DNA from: Octopus vulgaris
Lineage: Eukaryota
DNA length: 64,000 nt
Assembly: GCA_951406725.2 (NCBI GenBank)
Contig: OX597817.1
Location: forward strand, 123,380,001 to 123,444,000
Direction: 5' to 3'
The notes under the pieces were generated by a model. The model was not told the origin of the DNA. It saw nothing but the letters and a program-made list of their open reading frames with translations, and ran no database searches. The stretch's first letter is position 1; each line of letters begins with the position of its first letter. Positions 61,108 to 64,000 of the stretch are shown one piece after another. A program made the translations under genes and the position numbers.

Positions 61108-62359
61108 ATAATAATAATAGTGATTTATTTGACTACAGAACCGAACTCGTTGAGGATAGAACAATAACAAACTCAAAAAAGACAAGTAAAACACTGTAGG
61201 ATCTGCATCATGGAAAAGTGCGTGATTAATACTTAATAATATAGAGACATAGAAAAATAATTATTAAAAGGTAACAGCGCTAATAAAGATCAACAAAATA
61301 GTAAGAAAGAATCTACACAAGTGTAGACAACCATATACGACATTTAGAGGTTACGCTATGTAAAACACTGAATTACCCTGACACACTCATATGCATCTTC
61401 CAGTTCCGCCCACCAAAAAATAGCTCCATAGATAATGTAAGTCAGACTGATTTTGTTGATCCTGCACATATGCCATAAATTTGACTGAAAAGCATTACAT
61501 GCCTCTGTACCTGTATTTCATCTCTGTGATACAGAAGGTGAATGTACGGAGGAAGGTGCTATACATATGAGGTCACCACTTGCAATAAATTGCTATTTTG
61601 TAACGTTCCAACCGCATCAGATGGGGTTTCTGACACATACGATTGAATGATCGAATTTGAGCGATATTCAGCTTGGTTAGCGGCAGACGACCGAGATACA
61701 AACATCGTAGACCACCGTTCCCAATACGTCATTTCTTGTGATCAGTTAAGAAAACTGTTTCTGAAATAACTGTACACATTTGACTGGAATAAGATTACAT
61801 GCCCTAGTTGTGGGCCGTCATATAATAAAGTGTGCTTTTGTTACTTCACTGCATATCTGCCATCTGGGCCCATGAAGTGGCTTTCGATTTATTGTGCTTA
61901 AGAAGGAACGCTGTAGCATAAACATCGCTTCTTTCTTCATGTCAAGAAAGGTGATTAAGCACCATTTTCACTGAAAGCACGTAGTATGCGATGTGTTTCT
62001 TTTTTTTTCTTTTTTCTTTATTTTTGTCAAAAGGATTAACCAGAAGTTCCTCTAACTATTATTCACGTTTTGTTTATTTCCTTTTTCATTTTTGTGTGAG
62101 AAGTACTTTGTATCAATAATTTCACCCATGACTTCGAGTTTATTTCATATGGTAATCAGGTCTCTTAAATTTTCCCTACGTGTAAGTGTGTTCAACTTAC
62201 AGTATCCGGACCTAAGTTTAGTATAGAGATCATGAATATCTGGTTTTCGTAGCGATATGCCCGAAACTGTAGACAATTTCCATTATCCCTATCAGTTAGC
62301 TTGATGGAAACTAAGTACAACTTAAATATTCATCTATGAGTTTATCCGATTTAAAATTG

Positions 62360-62567
62360 GTTTCAAATTTTGGCACAACGCCAGCAATTTCGGAGTAATG
62401 GATAAGTCGGTTAATCTATCACAGTGTGCAACTGGTATTTACATTTTCGATCCCGAAAAGGATGAAAGGAAAACTTTGCTTTGGCGGAATTTGAACCTAG
62501 AAAACAGACGAAACGGTGCAAAGGAATTTTCCCGACGTGTTAACTATTCTGTCAGCTTGCCGTCTTG
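62360..62567 (-). mobile_element. Diverged SINE type A with a perfect 15-bp TSD
   Basis: TCCGATTTAAAATTG at 62345-62359 and 62568-62582. Confidence 0.9.
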
Positions 62568-64000
62568 TCCGATTTAAAATTGCGAAATCCAGAAACCAAG
62601 GTGATAGTTGTCATTAAATTGGAACTGCCTGAGCAAATTCCGAGTTTGATTTGATTTGTTTCATATCGCTGCTTTTGCACATTCCCCTGCGGGCGTCTGA
62701 GATGCCATTCCAGTAATTCCAGTAACACTAGTGAACGAGATGTTCTGCGGAATGTTCTTAGACGTCAAAAGGAATTCAGCATTCCAGTTCCTATTTAACG
62801 TAAACAGTCCGCACTCGAAAATTATTTTTTTCCTCCAATGCTGCTTGTATCCAGAACTACCACTATTATCCACATCTAGGAAAATTTCGCTTAACTGTAA
62901 ACCTAGGCCGTAGAGAATTAGCAGTGTCAATTTATTCGATCTGCACATGCTAAAAAGTGTATAGAGTACATATTTATACGGAAGGATGGTGGTTTTTACT
63001 TCAAGCTGCTGGTGGTGTCGTTGTTGTTGTTGCTGGAGAAGTGGTGGTGTCCTTTTTAGCCACGGTCTTTTGTTTTATTTATTTTAATATTCGAGTTGCA
63101 AAACTTTTGTGCAGCTCCATGAAGACGTCTTTTGTCACACATCTATTCCTCTTTGTCGATCCTTTTTATTTCTATAATTTCTCCGACTGTTCGCTGCCAC
63201 ACATGTTAACTTCTTCATTTGATGTATTGGAATGTGTCAAAGTTGTTTCCTTGTGTGTTTAAACTTGTTCTTACATGCTTGTATCTAGTTGAAAGCCTTT
63301 TTTTTTCGGAACAGAGGCATTTCAGTTTGCTGTTGATGAAGCTCCTATTTTCCCCGACTGTTGTTGGTGTTGGTTTTTCTACTGCCTATTTTGTTGTGAT
63401 TTAGATGTAACTACAAATGAAATACTGGTAGCTGCAAGGGGTATCGCTCAAGACTTTATTATTCTCTTTGAGACAGAATGTTCACAAGTGGTTGGTTTTG
63501 TTATTGCATTTCGACCACCACGTTATTTTGCATTTTCAAACCAGAATCTGTGAAAGGTTTGGGACTTCAAGATCCCCAAATACATCATATCTGGAACTCC
63601 ATTGATATCGCTTCAGACTCCGCTGAGGAATAGCACGTTAGCCATCTTCATTTTTGTAGTTTGTTAACGCATGAGAATTATATAAGTGCAAATTTTTGTG
63701 ATCTGAAATTTGTATTTCGTATTCTACGTGTTTTCTGTCACTACATGACCCGCAACAGCCTTACGTCTTTAAGGCAGTTTCTGCTTGTGCTGGTCTGGGA
63801 TTTTCCAACTTCAATTTTATCGTTTCAGACAGTAGTATGGTACTGTTACTCTAGAATTAATTCACTCTTAATGAACTCGGATCAAAGGGGAAAAGTGAAT
63901 AAAAGCTTCACATTTAAAAATTTAATGTATATTTATTCTATATTCAACTACTGCCATAAATCTCAGTTTCTTATATTGATTGAAATTTTCGGGTGGAAAA

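Noticed and set aside
61250-63850. Possible very old minus-strand LINE
   Set aside because: Composition and a few weak peptide hints suggest it, but no motif was clear enough to list it as a feature.

Overview
Eukaryotic, AT-rich, repeat-saturated non-coding DNA. It is very probably a coleoid cephalopod (Octopus-like); this is an inference from the dense TA/TCTA/TAA microsatellites and four recurrent tRNA-headed SINE families, not from a database search. No host protein-coding gene, rRNA, functional tRNA or CRISPR array can be supported, and nearly all ORFs in the track are microsatellite or antisense artefacts. The one intact gene is a full-length RTE-clade LINE on the minus strand (about 23276-27272). 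It has a 1124-codon APE endonuclease + RT + C2H2 ORF, a 13-bp target-site duplication, an (ATT)n tail and a heavily structured 5' UTR, and an empty-site copy of its target lies right beside it. The rest is transposon fossils: R4/Dong-like RLE LINEs in (TAA)n, CR1/L2-like and RTE-like LINE fragments, three mariner relics, a probable Helitron relic, Penelope-like pieces, a gypsy-like integrase relic and about 12 SINEs. The most unusual items are: a 507-bp zero-spacer palindrome (57914-58420) whose arms each carry a minimal hammerhead-ribozyme-like core; several decayed hammerhead cores elsewhere; a pseudoknot/kissing-loop at the LINE 5' end ahead of an ORF with no AUG before the endonuclease; and a 3' stem-loop shared, with a compensatory change, between the LINE and one SINE tail. 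All alignments were made by eye, so boundaries of decayed elements are approximate.
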